From the NCBI GenBank assembly GCA_963782055.1, contig CAWAIF010000003.1:6176001-6240000 (forward strand): 64,000 nt of DNA. Direction: 5' to 3'. Position 1 is the stretch's first letter, and every line of letters begins with the position of its first letter. The translations under genes were made by a program, and so were the position numbers. This stretch comes from an uncultured delta proteobacterium. GTDB lineage: Bacteria > Myxococcota_A > Polyangia > Polyangiales > Polyangiaceae. The notes below the pieces were generated by a model, which was given only the letters and a program-made list of their open reading frames with translations, did not search any database and had not been told where the DNA came from. Shown here piece by piece: positions 1 to 9,529 of this stretch.

Positions 1-755
1 CTCGCGAGCCGGGAGCCCCGCGAGCGTGTGCGCGCTGACGAGCCCGCCTCGTAGCCCTCGCGTGCCGTGATGCGGGCGATCCTGCGGCGCGCGCCGCCCG
101 CTCGTGGGCGCGCGCGGAGCCGAAGGAGGCCGCGATGGGTGCGAAGCGAAGACTGCGGGACACGATGAGCGAGGACCTCGCGCTGCGAGGGATGAGCGCC
201 AACACGATCGCCACGTACGTGGGGTGCGTGCGGCGGTTCGCGCAGTACCAGGTGCAAAAGGAACGTCCGGATCTCCGCCGCCCCCAGCGCGCACGGCGAC
301 CGCCCGTCGCTTGCCACACGCCTGCCCTCGTGCGCACCGCGCTGCCGGAGCCCCGAGCTCGCGACCCGCCGGGGGCCGCATGATCTCCCCGCGTCGTGTT
401 CCACTGCGCTCGCTCCACGAGTGCGGCGCAGGCCCCTGTCCATCCGCGCCACGAAAACCCGCCCTCCGAGCACGCACGGCTGCCCGCTGCGCGCTCCGGG
501 ACGCCCGCGTCGAGCGCCGTCCCGCCGCCCGCTCCGCACCTCGCGCACCCGCACGCGTGACCCACACGCCGCCAACTTCCCCATAGGGCTCCGAGGCCAC
601 CGCCTCGCCGCTGCCGCGCACCGGCTTCGTCCAACCGTCGATTTCGCGACCGCGCACCCGCGCCACGCGACCGGCGCCGCGACCCGGCGCGCTCACGCAA
701 TCGACTCTTACTTATGCGAAATGGCCGTCCGGTCTCACTGGAAGGACGGACCAGG
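1..755 (+). mobile_element. Non-autonomous, internally deleted copy (copy A) of the tyrosine recombinase/IS91-like element; left part runs off the window
   Basis: 1-249 is the reverse complement of ~10260-10508 (integrase 5' end). ~250-307 matches 10204-10260 in inverted orientation. 308-755 is the reverse complement of ~7989-8437 (transposase 3' end and terminal arm). Confidence 0.9.
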
Positions 756-765
756 TCTAGCTACG

Positions 766-1347
766 TCAGGGGCAGACGCCTGCGTCCCCGTCGACGCACA
801 CTCGCCCGCCGTCTCCCAGCGGACAGCAAAGCTGGCTCCAGTAGCAACCCGGGCCGAAGGGCTGGCAGGTGCACCAGTCCAGGCCGGTGTTCGTACCGCA
901 CACGCCGCGACAGTACATCGATACGGTGTCGCCCGTGCCGAAGGTCCGAGGGCAGCACGTCTCAATACCCGCGCCCTTTCCGACGTCGGCGCAGGTCAGG
1001 CACTCCGTGCCGACGTCCTGCTCGGGCACGCACTCGTAGCCATGCGGTTCGACATAGCAGCACCGGGCTGCTGAGGGGCAGCCATCCGCCGCGCCACAGG
1101 CACACTTGGGCTGGGAGTCATTGACGGATGCGATGCATGCGCCGTTGCAGTATCCGCCTGCGCAACAGGAGTCCACCCATGGCCCCTGTCCGACGGGGAT
1201 GCCGCAGTCGTCCTGCGCCGCCGCGTCGATGTCGGCTCGGCCGTCGAACGCCGCGTCCACCGCGGCGGCGTCGATACCACCGTCCGGCGGCGCCACCTCG
1301 CCTCCGCAGCCGAACAGGGCCAGCGGGAGCAGCCATTTCGGGCTCAT
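766..1347 (-). CDS. Cys-rich lipoprotein with two Cys modules (cassette 1, gene 3)
   Basis: MSPKWLLPLALFGC lipobox, DGG/DAA linker, CxCG..C....CC motifs; ATGA overlap with the upstream gene. Confidence 0.8.
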   Translation of the reverse strand: MSPKWLLPLALFGCGGEVAPPDGGIDAAAVDAAFDGRADIDAAAQDDCGIPVGQGPWVDSCCAGGYCNGACIASVNDSQPKCACGAADGCPSAARCCYVEPHGYECVPEQDVGTECLTCADVGKGAGIETCCPRTFGTGDTVSMYCRGVCGTNTGLDWCTCQPFGPGCYWSQLCCPLGDGGRVCVDGDAGVCP

Positions 1348-1721
1348 TTCGGTGGCAGCGGGCATGTTGGCTCGCAGGTGAGACCGCCGCCGTCCGGTTC
1401 CGTGGCGCAGCAGTGTTCGGGGCTGCAGCTCGAAAGGAAGTGGCCGCATGTGCACGTAGCGCCATCGCCGCAGGTACCTCGACAGACCGCACCATTGCAA
1501 CAGGTGAGTCGTTCCATGCCATTCCCCACATCGAGCACCGCCGCATCCTCGCACGGGTTGCCGGCATCCTGCTCCACATCTTGCGAAGCATCCAACGCGG
1601 CGGCGGAGTCCTCAGTTCCGCCTTCCGCCGGGCCCGCATCACGCGCGCCGCCGGGCTGCGTGCTGGCGCACCCGATCAGGACGGTGGCCGAGAGGAGCGC
1701 CGCAGAGTTCAGCCCGGCCAC
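1344..1721 (-). CDS. Cys-rich lipoprotein (cassette 1, gene 2)
   Basis: GTG start overlapping the upstream stop; VLIGC lipobox, DAG linker, TCTCG..C...CC...C...CP C-terminus. Confidence 0.75.
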   Translation of the reverse strand: MAGLNSAALLSATVLIGCASTQPGGARDAGPAEGGTEDSAAALDASQDVEQDAGNPCEDAAVLDVGNGMERLTCCNGAVCRGTCGDGATCTCGHFLSSCSPEHCCATEPDGGGLTCEPTCPLPPK

Positions 1722-1918
1722 GGCCACGCCTGAAGATGCAGCTCCTGTCCCTGGTAGATGTTCGTCTGATGGCACCCCAGGTGTTCGTCGCTCGAGTAGA
1801 TGGCGACGTGCGTGAACGCCGTTCCCGATGGCGAGGTGACGGGTACGTAGCGAAACCCGAAGAAGTCCCCCCAGTAGTAGTAGTTGCTCCCATACCGAGC
1901 GGGGCACACCTCCGGGTC
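1709..1918 (-). pseudogene. 3' remnant of a beta-propeller lipoprotein gene (cassette 1, gene 1), truncated by an IS66 end
   Basis: C..YYWGDF motif resembles the C-termini of 4014-5411 (LGDY) and 16344-17079 (YFGDY); sequence switches to the IS66 end at 1919. Confidence 0.6.
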
Positions 1919-1983
1919 GTGTCTGCTTAGCGGTGTCGCACACTGTGGGTCCATTCTTCGTTCCTGATGCGAGAAGTTCTTTC
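1919..1983 (+). mobile_element. 65-bp left-end remnant of the IS66-family element
   Basis: Identical to 25801-25865 (GTGTCTGCTTAGCGG...GTTCTTTC). Confidence 0.9.
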
Positions 1984-3432
1984 GGCTCCCCCGCCGAATC
2001 CGTGGGTTGACGTGAAGCGGATCGCTCGGCGCTCGTCACGGGGCTCGCATCGCGGGAGCGTGTGGGCGTCCCGCCCGCGAGCCTCGCGCCGAGCGCCGGT
2101 CGTTGGGGCTGGAAGGGAAGGATGCATCGTGCAAGGAAGACGGCATCCAACCTCCAACCCCCTCGCACGATGCACCTTCAATCTATCCTGCGCCGGCTGC
2201 AGCCGCAGCCCGGATTCGTCTACGACAAGATCACCTGGGCCGGGACGCCCACGCGGCCAGCGCTGCACGTCCACGTTCGACCTCGCCGCGGGTCCCTTGC
2301 CGTGTGCTCGCACTGCTACCGGAAGCGGCGCGGCTACGACCACGGGCCGCCGCGCCTGTTCACCTTCGTGCCGCTCTGGGGCATCGCGGTGTTGTTCGTC
2401 TATGCGATGCGCCGCGTGGACTGTCCGCGTTGCGGCGTCACGGTGGAGCTGGTGCCCTGGGCCTCCGGCAAGAGCCAGGCGACGCACGCGTTCGTGTGGT
2501 TCGTCGCGAGCTGGGCGCGGGTGCTCTCGTGGACGGAGGTGGCGCGCCGCTTCCACTCGAGCTGGGACACCGTCTTCCGCTGCGTCGAGCACGCGGTACA
2601 GTGGGGCCTCGAGCATCGCAGCCTCGATGGCATCCGGTCCATCGGCGTCGACGAGCTGGCCTGGAAGAAGGGGCAGAAGTACCTCACCGTCGTCTACCAG
2701 ATCGACCACGACTGCCGTCGCCTGCTCCACATCGCCCGCGACCGCACCGCCGCGAGCTTCCATTCCTTCTTCGACATGCTCGGCGAGGAGCGCACCAAGG
2801 CTATCGCCTTCGTGGCCAGCGACATGTGGCGTGCCTTCCTCAGCGTCGTGCAGGCCCGCTGCTCCGTCGTCCTCCACGTGCTGGACCGCTTCCACGTCGC
2901 CAAGCTCCTCGGCGAGGCCGTCGACACCGTCCGTCGCGACGAGGTCCGCGCCCTGCGCGCCACCGGACGCCACCCCCTGCTCACCAAGACCCGCTGGCTG
3001 CTGCTCAAGCGGCCCAAGAACCTCCGGCGCGGCGAGCGCGGTCGCCTGCGCGAGCTCGTCCGCATCAACCTTCGCTCCGTCCGTGCCTACCTGCTCAAGG
3101 AGCAGTTCCAGCACTTCTGGACCTACACCTCGGTCGCCGGCGCCGGCCGCTTCCTCGACCGCTGGACCACCATGGCCTTGCGGTCCCGCCTCGCCCCCTT
3201 TGCGAAGTTCGCGCGCACCCTCCGGAGCCACCGACGCGAGCTGCTCAACTGGTTCCTCGCCCGAGGGGAGTTCGCCGCGGGCGCCACCGAGGGATTCAAC
3301 AACAAGGCGCGAGTTACGACCCGAAAGGCGTACGGCTTCCGCAGTCCAAGACACGCCGAGATCGCCCTGTATCATGCGCTTGGTGCCCTACCCGAGCCGC
3401 CTTGGCTCACCCACAGATTCTGCTGAGGAGGC
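1984..3432 (+). mobile_element. ISL3-family insertion sequence (1449 bp), no target duplication
   Basis: Appears identical to 17080-18528 (reverse complement); ends GGCTCCCCCGCCGAATC / GATTCTGCTGAGGAGGC. Confidence 0.92.
2170..3426 (+). CDS. ISL3-family transposase
   Basis: Zn-finger CxxC..CxxC, IGVDE, SDMW, DRFHV and EGFNNKAR...AYGFR motifs. Confidence 0.92.
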   Translation: MHLQSILRRLQPQPGFVYDKITWAGTPTRPALHVHVRPRRGSLAVCSHCYRKRRGYDHGPPRLFTFVPLWGIAVLFVYAMRRVDCPRCGVTVELVPWASGKSQATHAFVWFVASWARVLSWTEVARRFHSSWDTVFRCVEHAVQWGLEHRSLDGIRSIGVDELAWKKGQKYLTVVYQIDHDCRRLLHIARDRTAASFHSFFDMLGEERTKAIAFVASDMWRAFLSVVQARCSVVLHVLDRFHVAKLLGEAVDTVRRDEVRALRATGRHPLLTKTRWLLLKRPKNLRRGERGRLRELVRINLRSVRAYLLKEQFQHFWTYTSVAGAGRFLDRWTTMALRSRLAPFAKFARTLRSHRRELLNWFLARGEFAAGATEGFNNKARVTTRKAYGFRSPRHAEIALYHALGALPEPPWLTHRFC

Positions 3433-3922
3433 GGATTTCCTATGCGCCGACCCGGCACGCCCACCGCGTAGCACAACTTCCCCCCGCACGCGTGCCCGCG
3501 ACCCGCCCCGGGCTGGGAGGGGACGCGCCCATGCCCCGCCCACTCGATCGCACGAGGCAGCCCTCCGCGACCTCACGCCCCCGCTCCGGGTGGCGCGTGA
3601 AGTGCCTGAAGGCTTCGGCCTCGCGCTCGCGGTCCCTCCTCACATCCTCCGTCGACTCGGGTGTGCGACGTGCCCGAGTCGGCCCCCGCGCGACGGCGAG
3701 GCGCGCGCTCCCCCGACTGCTGGACGCGTCGCGCTGGTGTGGGAGAGCCGTCCAGAACTGCTCCCGAGGAACCGCTGCGGTTCCCTCCGGGGTGGCGGTC
3801 GGGTTTACGGATTCGTCACCAGACGACGATTGACAACTATCGCGATCCGATCTGTAGTGGTCTTGTCGGGGGACTGAGCCGCAAGTCGCCTCCGACGTCG
3901 ACTTCGACGCGAGGAGGACTCG

Positions 3923-5411
3923 ATGGACCACATGCCCCCCCCCCGGACGTACACGCACATACTCTAGCTCTGCTGCCGAGCTCGTTCCGCTCGCGCTCGC
4001 ACTGACGCTTTCGATGGCGGCTTCGCTCGGGTGCAGCCCCGCGCCGCTTCCCAGCCCCGGACCGGAGCAGCTCGTCGACAACAACGGGGACGAGACCTCC
4101 GCGGGCTTCGCGCCGGCGAGCGTCGGCGAGGCGGCCGGGATCCCGGTCGCCTTTCCCGCGACGGCCGTGTCCTCGTTCAACGAGTTCACGCGACCGGCGG
4201 GCGGCGGAATCTTCGGCTATGCTTGGACGGTGGACGGCATCAACTGGACGAGCTGCAACGCGGACCAGTCGGGGCCTTGCTTCGTTCCCAAGCACCCGTC
4301 GCAGAAGAACTGGCGTGGAGACCCCGCCATCGCCGCCGCGCCGCAGGGTGGCGGGATCGTCGTCGCGGCCAACCTGGCCAACACCACCGACGACTCCGGC
4401 AACCCGAACATGATCGTAGCGGCGCTCTCCTTCGACGGGGGGCGCTCCTACGGCAACACCCAGTGGGTGAATGGCGATGGCTGCACGGACGGCGATCAGG
4501 ACCAGGAAGCCATCGCCTTCGACCCGACCACGACCGAGCCGACCGTGTGGATCGCCTGGCGGCACAACGGGGCCGCTGGTCTCTCGGGGACGTACGGGAT
4601 CTGCGTCCGCGGAGGCACGGTGAACGCTGCGGCGCACACCATCGACTGGTTCGGCCCGTCGGAGGAGATGCAGAACCTCGACCGCGCGCCCTTCCACGGC
4701 GCCGGCGGCCTGCTGATCCAGCCGGCACACGACGCCGTGACGGTGATGTACTCGAACACCGACCGTGCGGACACGTCGATCTTTTGCAGCACGCACGACA
4801 CGCAGGTCAAGTGGTTCACAGGCACGACGACCGATGCCGGGGCGAGCTGGTCGTCGAGCCACTTGGTCTACGACACCCAGACCTTCCACTGGTGCACGTC
4901 CGGGTTGCACTACCAGAACGGACTGCGGGCCTTCGGCTTCGTGCGCGACTCCTATGGTGACCTCTGGGCTGCCGTTCACGACAGCCCCGGCACCATCCGC
5001 ACCTTCACCAGCACGGACGAAGGCACCACGTGGATCGCCAACAGGGTGATCTCGGTGATCGGATTCCCCGATCTCCTCTTTCCGACGCTCGCCGCGGGCG
5101 CGGGGGGACGAGTGGGCCTCACCTTCTACGGCAGCGAATCTGCGGAGCGAACGATGCGGATGTTCTTCACGGCCAAGGGCTACGATCCCGCGCAGCCTCA
5201 GCGCTGGAGCTTCCCGCTGGCGTACGGCAACGTGTTCCTGGCGTCGGGGCTGCTGAGCCGATCGCTCGGCGATTACCTCGGGATGACCGTCGTGCCGAGC
5301 GGCTCCTTTCACTTCGGCGACGACGAGACCTTCCTGCCGCTCTACACCGACGGCGGCGGGGCGGGCTTTCAGGTCTCGTCGGCGCTCATCGACATGCCGG
5401 GGACGCTGTGA
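3923..5411 (+). CDS. Asp-box/sialidase-like beta-propeller lipoprotein (cassette 2, gene 1); signal peptide out of frame at a C10 tract (3935-3944), main ORF 4014-5411
   Basis: SFDGGRSY, STDEGTTW and TTDAGASW Asp boxes; GGAGG RBS before ATG 3923; removing one C gives ...LVPLALALTLSMAASLGC. Confidence 0.75.
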
Positions 5412-5839
5412 TCGCTCCGCGCCGTTGCAGCGCATTCCTTCTCGCCTGTGCAATGTTCGGGCTGGGCGCCGCCCCGGCCTGCGGGGGCCGAACCGGCGAC
5501 GGTACGGACGCCGGTGTCGACGGGGCGGCAGACGCCGGTGCGGAGGCTGGACCCTGCGACCCCAATGTCCCGAGGCTGCCTCAACAACCCTGCACCGCCG
5601 ACCTCGTCAAGATCTGCCAGGACTGGGCGGCCCAGGCGGCCGCACCCGCCGGCGCTTACGGCTCCGCGAGCTGCATCGTGGACAGCGTGACGGGCCATAC
5701 CGACTGCACGCTACCGACCTGTGACAACGGGATCTGCGGTTGCGGGTCCAGCAACGTCGTGTGCCAGAGCGGCCAGGTCTGCGCGAGCGACACGCCCGGC
5801 GGCCCCCTGCACTGCGTGACCGCCTGCAAGGGGCTCTGA
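5408..5839 (+). CDS. Cys-rich lipoprotein (cassette 2, gene 2)
   Basis: GTGA overlap with the upstream stop; AAPAC lipobox, DAG linker, ICGCG..C....C C-terminus. Confidence 0.78.
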   Translation: MIAPRRCSAFLLACAMFGLGAAPACGGRTGDGTDAGVDGAADAGAEAGPCDPNVPRLPQQPCTADLVKICQDWAAQAAAPAGAYGSASCIVDSVTGHTDCTLPTCDNGICGCGSSNVVCQSGQVCASDTPGGPLHCVTACKGL

Positions 5840-5841
5840 GC

Positions 5842-6285
5842 GTGCGGCGCCTTCGTCTACTCGCCGTGCTCCTCGTGACGGCGTCCGCTGCCTGCGGCGG
5901 CGTCGTGGTGGACGACGACGGCGGCGCCAACTCGAACGGAGACGCCGCCCCCACGGGGGATGGCGCGCCGGACGACGCCGCCGGTGTGCCCCCCTTCCTC
6001 GACGCCTCGTGGGACAGCCCCTGCTACACCGTCAGCTACTCCTTCGGGGACGGCAAGTGCTCCCCGGAGCGCGACGCCATCTGCGAGGCCAAGGCAATGC
6101 GTGCCGCCGTCGACGCCTATGCGCACTCGCGATGCCTGAACGGCCTCTGCACCCGCGGGGACTACTGCTACGGCAACCCCGTCGTGTGCGCCTGCTCGCC
6201 CAAGGTCATCTGCGCGGCGGGGTACGTCTGCTACAGCTTCACGCCCGACGGCGGCGCGCACTGCAAGGTGGAGTGCACCCCCTGA
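5842..6285 (+). CDS. Cys-rich lipoprotein (cassette 2, gene 3)
   Basis: RRLRLLAVLLVTASAAC signal and lipobox, DGG/DAA linker, VCACS..C....C motif paralogous to 5408-5839. Confidence 0.78.
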   Translation: MRRLRLLAVLLVTASAACGGVVVDDDGGANSNGDAAPTGDGAPDDAAGVPPFLDASWDSPCYTVSYSFGDGKCSPERDAICEAKAMRAAVDAYAHSRCLNGLCTRGDYCYGNPVVCACSPKVICAAGYVCYSFTPDGGAHCKVECTP

Positions 6286-6357
6286 CGCGCCCGCCAACGA
6301 CGCCGTCACCTGTACAGACGCCTTGACAGGTCGCCGCGACGTTGGCGAGATGCGCTC

Positions 6358-6936
6358 GTGCAAGGGGACGTCCGGGACCTCGCCCGCCGCTGGGAGCGCT
6401 CGCTGCGGCGCGCCCTGCCCGCGGTCCGGCGCGAGGCCCTCCGCCTCGAGCGCGGCGCGCTCCGGAGGCCGGAGCGCTTCCACGATCTCGGCGTCGCGCT
6501 GGACGCGTGGCGGCGCTCCGGGCGCTTCCGCCTCCTCGGCTTCCGCTCCTTCACCGCGTACCTCCGCGCGCGCGGGGGGATGAGCCGCGCGACGGCGTAC
6601 AAGCTCATGGCGGTGGCGTCGGGCATGGACAGGGCGACGGCGAACGCGCTCGGTCTGGAGCGCGCCTACGCGGCGACGCGCCTCGGCCCGCGGGGCACCG
6701 CCCTCGCCGCCGACAGCTCCGTCCGCGCCCTGCGTGCCCGCGCGACCGCCACGCCGGGCCGCGCCGCCGGCGCCGCCGCCCGCGCCCTCGCCGCGGCCCT
6801 CCGCGCGCCGCTCGGTGACCGCGGGCGCGTCCGCGCCTCGCGCCGCGGCAAGGGGTGGCGGATCGCGCTCGAGCTGAACGTCGAGGACGCCCGCACGCTC
6901 GCCCGGCTCGTCCGGGCGCCGCGCCGATCGCCTTGA
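6358..6936 (+). CDS. Basic hypothetical protein with a DUF3102-like HTH motif
   Basis: G..L....GF.SF..YL....GMSRATAYKLM.VA pattern. Confidence 0.45.
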   Translation: MQGDVRDLARRWERSLRRALPAVRREALRLERGALRRPERFHDLGVALDAWRRSGRFRLLGFRSFTAYLRARGGMSRATAYKLMAVASGMDRATANALGLERAYAATRLGPRGTALAADSSVRALRARATATPGRAAGAAARALAAALRAPLGDRGRVRASRRGKGWRIALELNVEDARTLARLVRAPRRSP

Positions 6937-6997
6937 CGTCCCGTCCCCCGGCCAGGAGAGAACGGACACCCGCGCGCGTTGCAGGGGCCCCCCCCGA

Positions 6998-7433
6998 GCC
7001 GCCGCGCGCGGGAGTCGGCAAGGCTGCGAGCGCAGCGAGGACGGCCCCGGCCTTGCCAACCCCCTTCCCCTTCCCGTTCCCGTTCCCCCTTCCCGTTCCC
7101 CGTTCCCGTTCCCGTTCCCGTTCCCCTTCCCTTCGCGTGCGCAAGTGCGGGCGCGTGCGCGAACGCGGGCGCGGGCGCGAACGCGAGCGCGAGCGCGAGC
7201 GCGGGCGCGGGCGAGGGCGAGGGCGGGAGAGGAGGGGGCTCGCTCGGGGGGAGGTCATCGTCCCGCCGTGCTCGGAGTCGGCAAGGCCAGGCCGTGCTCG
7301 CCGTCCTCGCCGTGCTCGGCCGCGCGTGCGCCTCGGGCGACGATGGACGCAGCGCGCGGCCTGCGCGCGGCTGCGGGCGGCTGCGCGCGGTGCGCGCTCC
7401 GCGCGCAGCCTTGCCGACTCCTGCGCGCGGCGG
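6998..7433. repeat. ~40-bp imperfect inverted repeat (core GGAGTCGGCAAGG) enclosing (CCCGTT)n and (GCGRRC)n hexamer tracts
   Basis: GGAGTCGGCAAGG at 7011 and 7274, reverse complement at ~7409-7421; hexamer runs at ~7060-7225. Confidence 0.75.
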
Positions 7434-7489
7434 GCTTGGGCGTTCGCCCCCCGCGCGAGGGTGCGCGGGCGCATGCAAGGAGTCGAACG

Positions 7490-7814
7490 ATGTTGCGTAT
7501 CTATCCTGTGTTGCTGGAGCTCGTGCGGACGCTGGCACCTCTCGTGCGGGAGCTAGAGCGGCATGATCCGAGATCTCGCGCGGCAGTGCAGGCGGGCGCT
7601 GGCGAGCGCGCCGCTCAACGTGGCCGAGGGGATGTACTCGCAGGGGCGCAACCGGAGGGCGCGCTACCACAACGCGCTCGGCTCCCTGCGGGAGGTGCTG
7701 GGGTGCTTCGAGGTCGCCGCGGCGCTCGGCTACTTGCCCGGGCTCGACGACGGACTGCGGGACCGCGTGGATCACGTGCTCGGCACGCTGGTCCGCCTGG
7801 TCGTCGCGCGCTGA
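7490..7814 (+). pseudogene. Four-helix-bundle protein (23S rRNA IVP/Avd-like family) with a +1 frameshift near 7570
   Basis: MLRIYPVLLELVR...HDP joins DLARQCRRALASAPLNVAEG...ALGSLRE in the next frame. Confidence 0.75.
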
Positions 7815-8362
7815 GGCGCGCGATCGGCGACGTCGCCGGAAGATCGGCGACGTCGCCGATGCGCCTGGGCGCGAGCGCGTGGGCGGGCGCGGGCGCGTGG
7901 GCGGGCGCGTGGGCGCGTGGGCGAGCGCGAGCGCGTGGCCGGAACCGGGCGGGCGCGATGAGACAGGACATCGCGCCCGCCGAGCCACCCTGGTCCGTCC
8001 TTCCAGTGAGACCGGACGGCCCCACTTCGCATAAGTAAGAGTCGATTGCGTGAGCGCGCCGGGTCGCGGCGGCGGTCGCGTGGCGCGGGTGCGCGGTCGC
8101 GAAATCGACGGTTGGACGAAGCCGGTGCGCGGCAGCGGCGAGGCGGTGGCCTCGGAGCCCTATGGGGAAGTTGGCGGCGTGTGGGTCACGTGTGCGGGTG
8201 CGCGAGGTGCGGAGCGGGCGGCGGGACGGCGCTCGACGCGGGCGTCCCGGAGCGCGCAGCGGGCAGCCGTGCGTGCTCGGAGGGCGGGTTTTCGTGGCGC
8301 GGATGGACAGGGGCCTGCGCCGCACTCGTGGAGCGAGCGCAGTGGAACACGACGCGGGGAGA

Positions 8363-9523
8363 TCATGCGGCCCCCGGCGGGTCGCGAGCTCGGGGCTCCG
8401 GCAGCGCGGTGCGCACGAGGGCAGGCGTGTGGCAAGCGGGGCAGCGGCGCAGGTCGATGCCCGCGATTCGCAGCAGCAGGTCGGCGGCGTCGGCACGGCG
8501 CACCGGTCGCGCAGCGGGCGCCGCGTGCGGACCCAGTCTGCGGCGTGCGGTCTCGAGGCGCGTGGTGGCGTGGCTGGCGGAGTGCAGGCCGTAGTGGCGG
8601 ATCTTGACGAAGCCGCGCGGCAGCACGTGCTGGACGAAGCGCGCGAGCAGCTCCTCGGCCGGGACGGTGACCGACTTGCCGTCTCTGGTGCGGAAGGTGA
8701 CGCCGCGCTCGCCCATCGAGACGAAGCGGTGGTTGGAGATGCCGACGCGGTGCGTGTAGCGACCGAGGTAGCGGATGACCTGAGCGGGGCCGCCAAAGGG
8801 TCGCTTGGCGTAGACGACCCAGGCCTTGCGTCGGAGCGCCAGCAGGTCGACGCCGCCCAGGTCGACGAGGCCGCGCGCGTGGGCGCGCTCGAGAGCGGCG
8901 AGCATCTTGCCGCGAAAGAGCGCGCCCATCACGCGCACGGGGAAGAGGAAGCGACGGCGCGCGCGCACCCAGCGCGCGGCGTCGCCGGTGAGTCCGCCGC
9001 CGGTGACGATGGCGTGCACGTGGGGGTGGAAGAGCAGCGCGCGCGTCCAGGTGTGCAGGACCATCGTGACGCCGAGCTCGGCGCCGAGCCACTTCGGATC
9101 CCGCGCGAGGGTGGCCAGCGTGTCGGCCGCGCTCGCGAAGAGCATGTCGAAGACCCGCGCGCGCGAGCGCCGCGCGACGGCGCGCAGCTCGGCGGGGAGC
9201 GTGAAGACGACGTGGAAGTAGTGCACGGGCAGAATGCGCTCGAGCCGCGTGGCGACCCACCGCGCCTGCGCGAGCGACTGGCACTTGGGACAGTGCCGGT
9301 TGCGGCACGAGTTGTACGACGGTCGCTCGAGCCCGCACGCGGTGCACACGTCCAGATGTCCGCCCAGCGCGGCGGTCCGGCATCGCTCGATCGCCCGCAG
9401 CGCCGACCGCTCCTCGGGACGCAGCACGCGGCCGCCGGCGAAGGCCTCGCCGTGGGCGCGCACCACGTCCGCGAGCTCGATGGGCGCCGCGCACGTGCGC
9501 GCGGGCGCACACGACGGGTGCAT
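8363..9523 (-). CDS. IS91-family rolling-circle (HUH/Y2) transposase
   Basis: N-terminal Zn-binding C..C...YNSCRNRHCPKC, HPHVH (HUH), YLGRY (Y2), KIRHYG. Confidence 0.93.
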   Translation of the reverse strand: MHPSCAPARTCAAPIELADVVRAHGEAFAGGRVLRPEERSALRAIERCRTAALGGHLDVCTACGLERPSYNSCRNRHCPKCQSLAQARWVATRLERILPVHYFHVVFTLPAELRAVARRSRARVFDMLFASAADTLATLARDPKWLGAELGVTMVLHTWTRALLFHPHVHAIVTGGGLTGDAARWVRARRRFLFPVRVMGALFRGKMLAALERAHARGLVDLGGVDLLALRRKAWVVYAKRPFGGPAQVIRYLGRYTHRVGISNHRFVSMGERGVTFRTRDGKSVTVPAEELLARFVQHVLPRGFVKIRHYGLHSASHATTRLETARRRLGPHAAPAARPVRRADAADLLLRIAGIDLRRCPACHTPALVRTALPEPRARDPPGAA

Positions 9524-9529
9524 CGGGGC

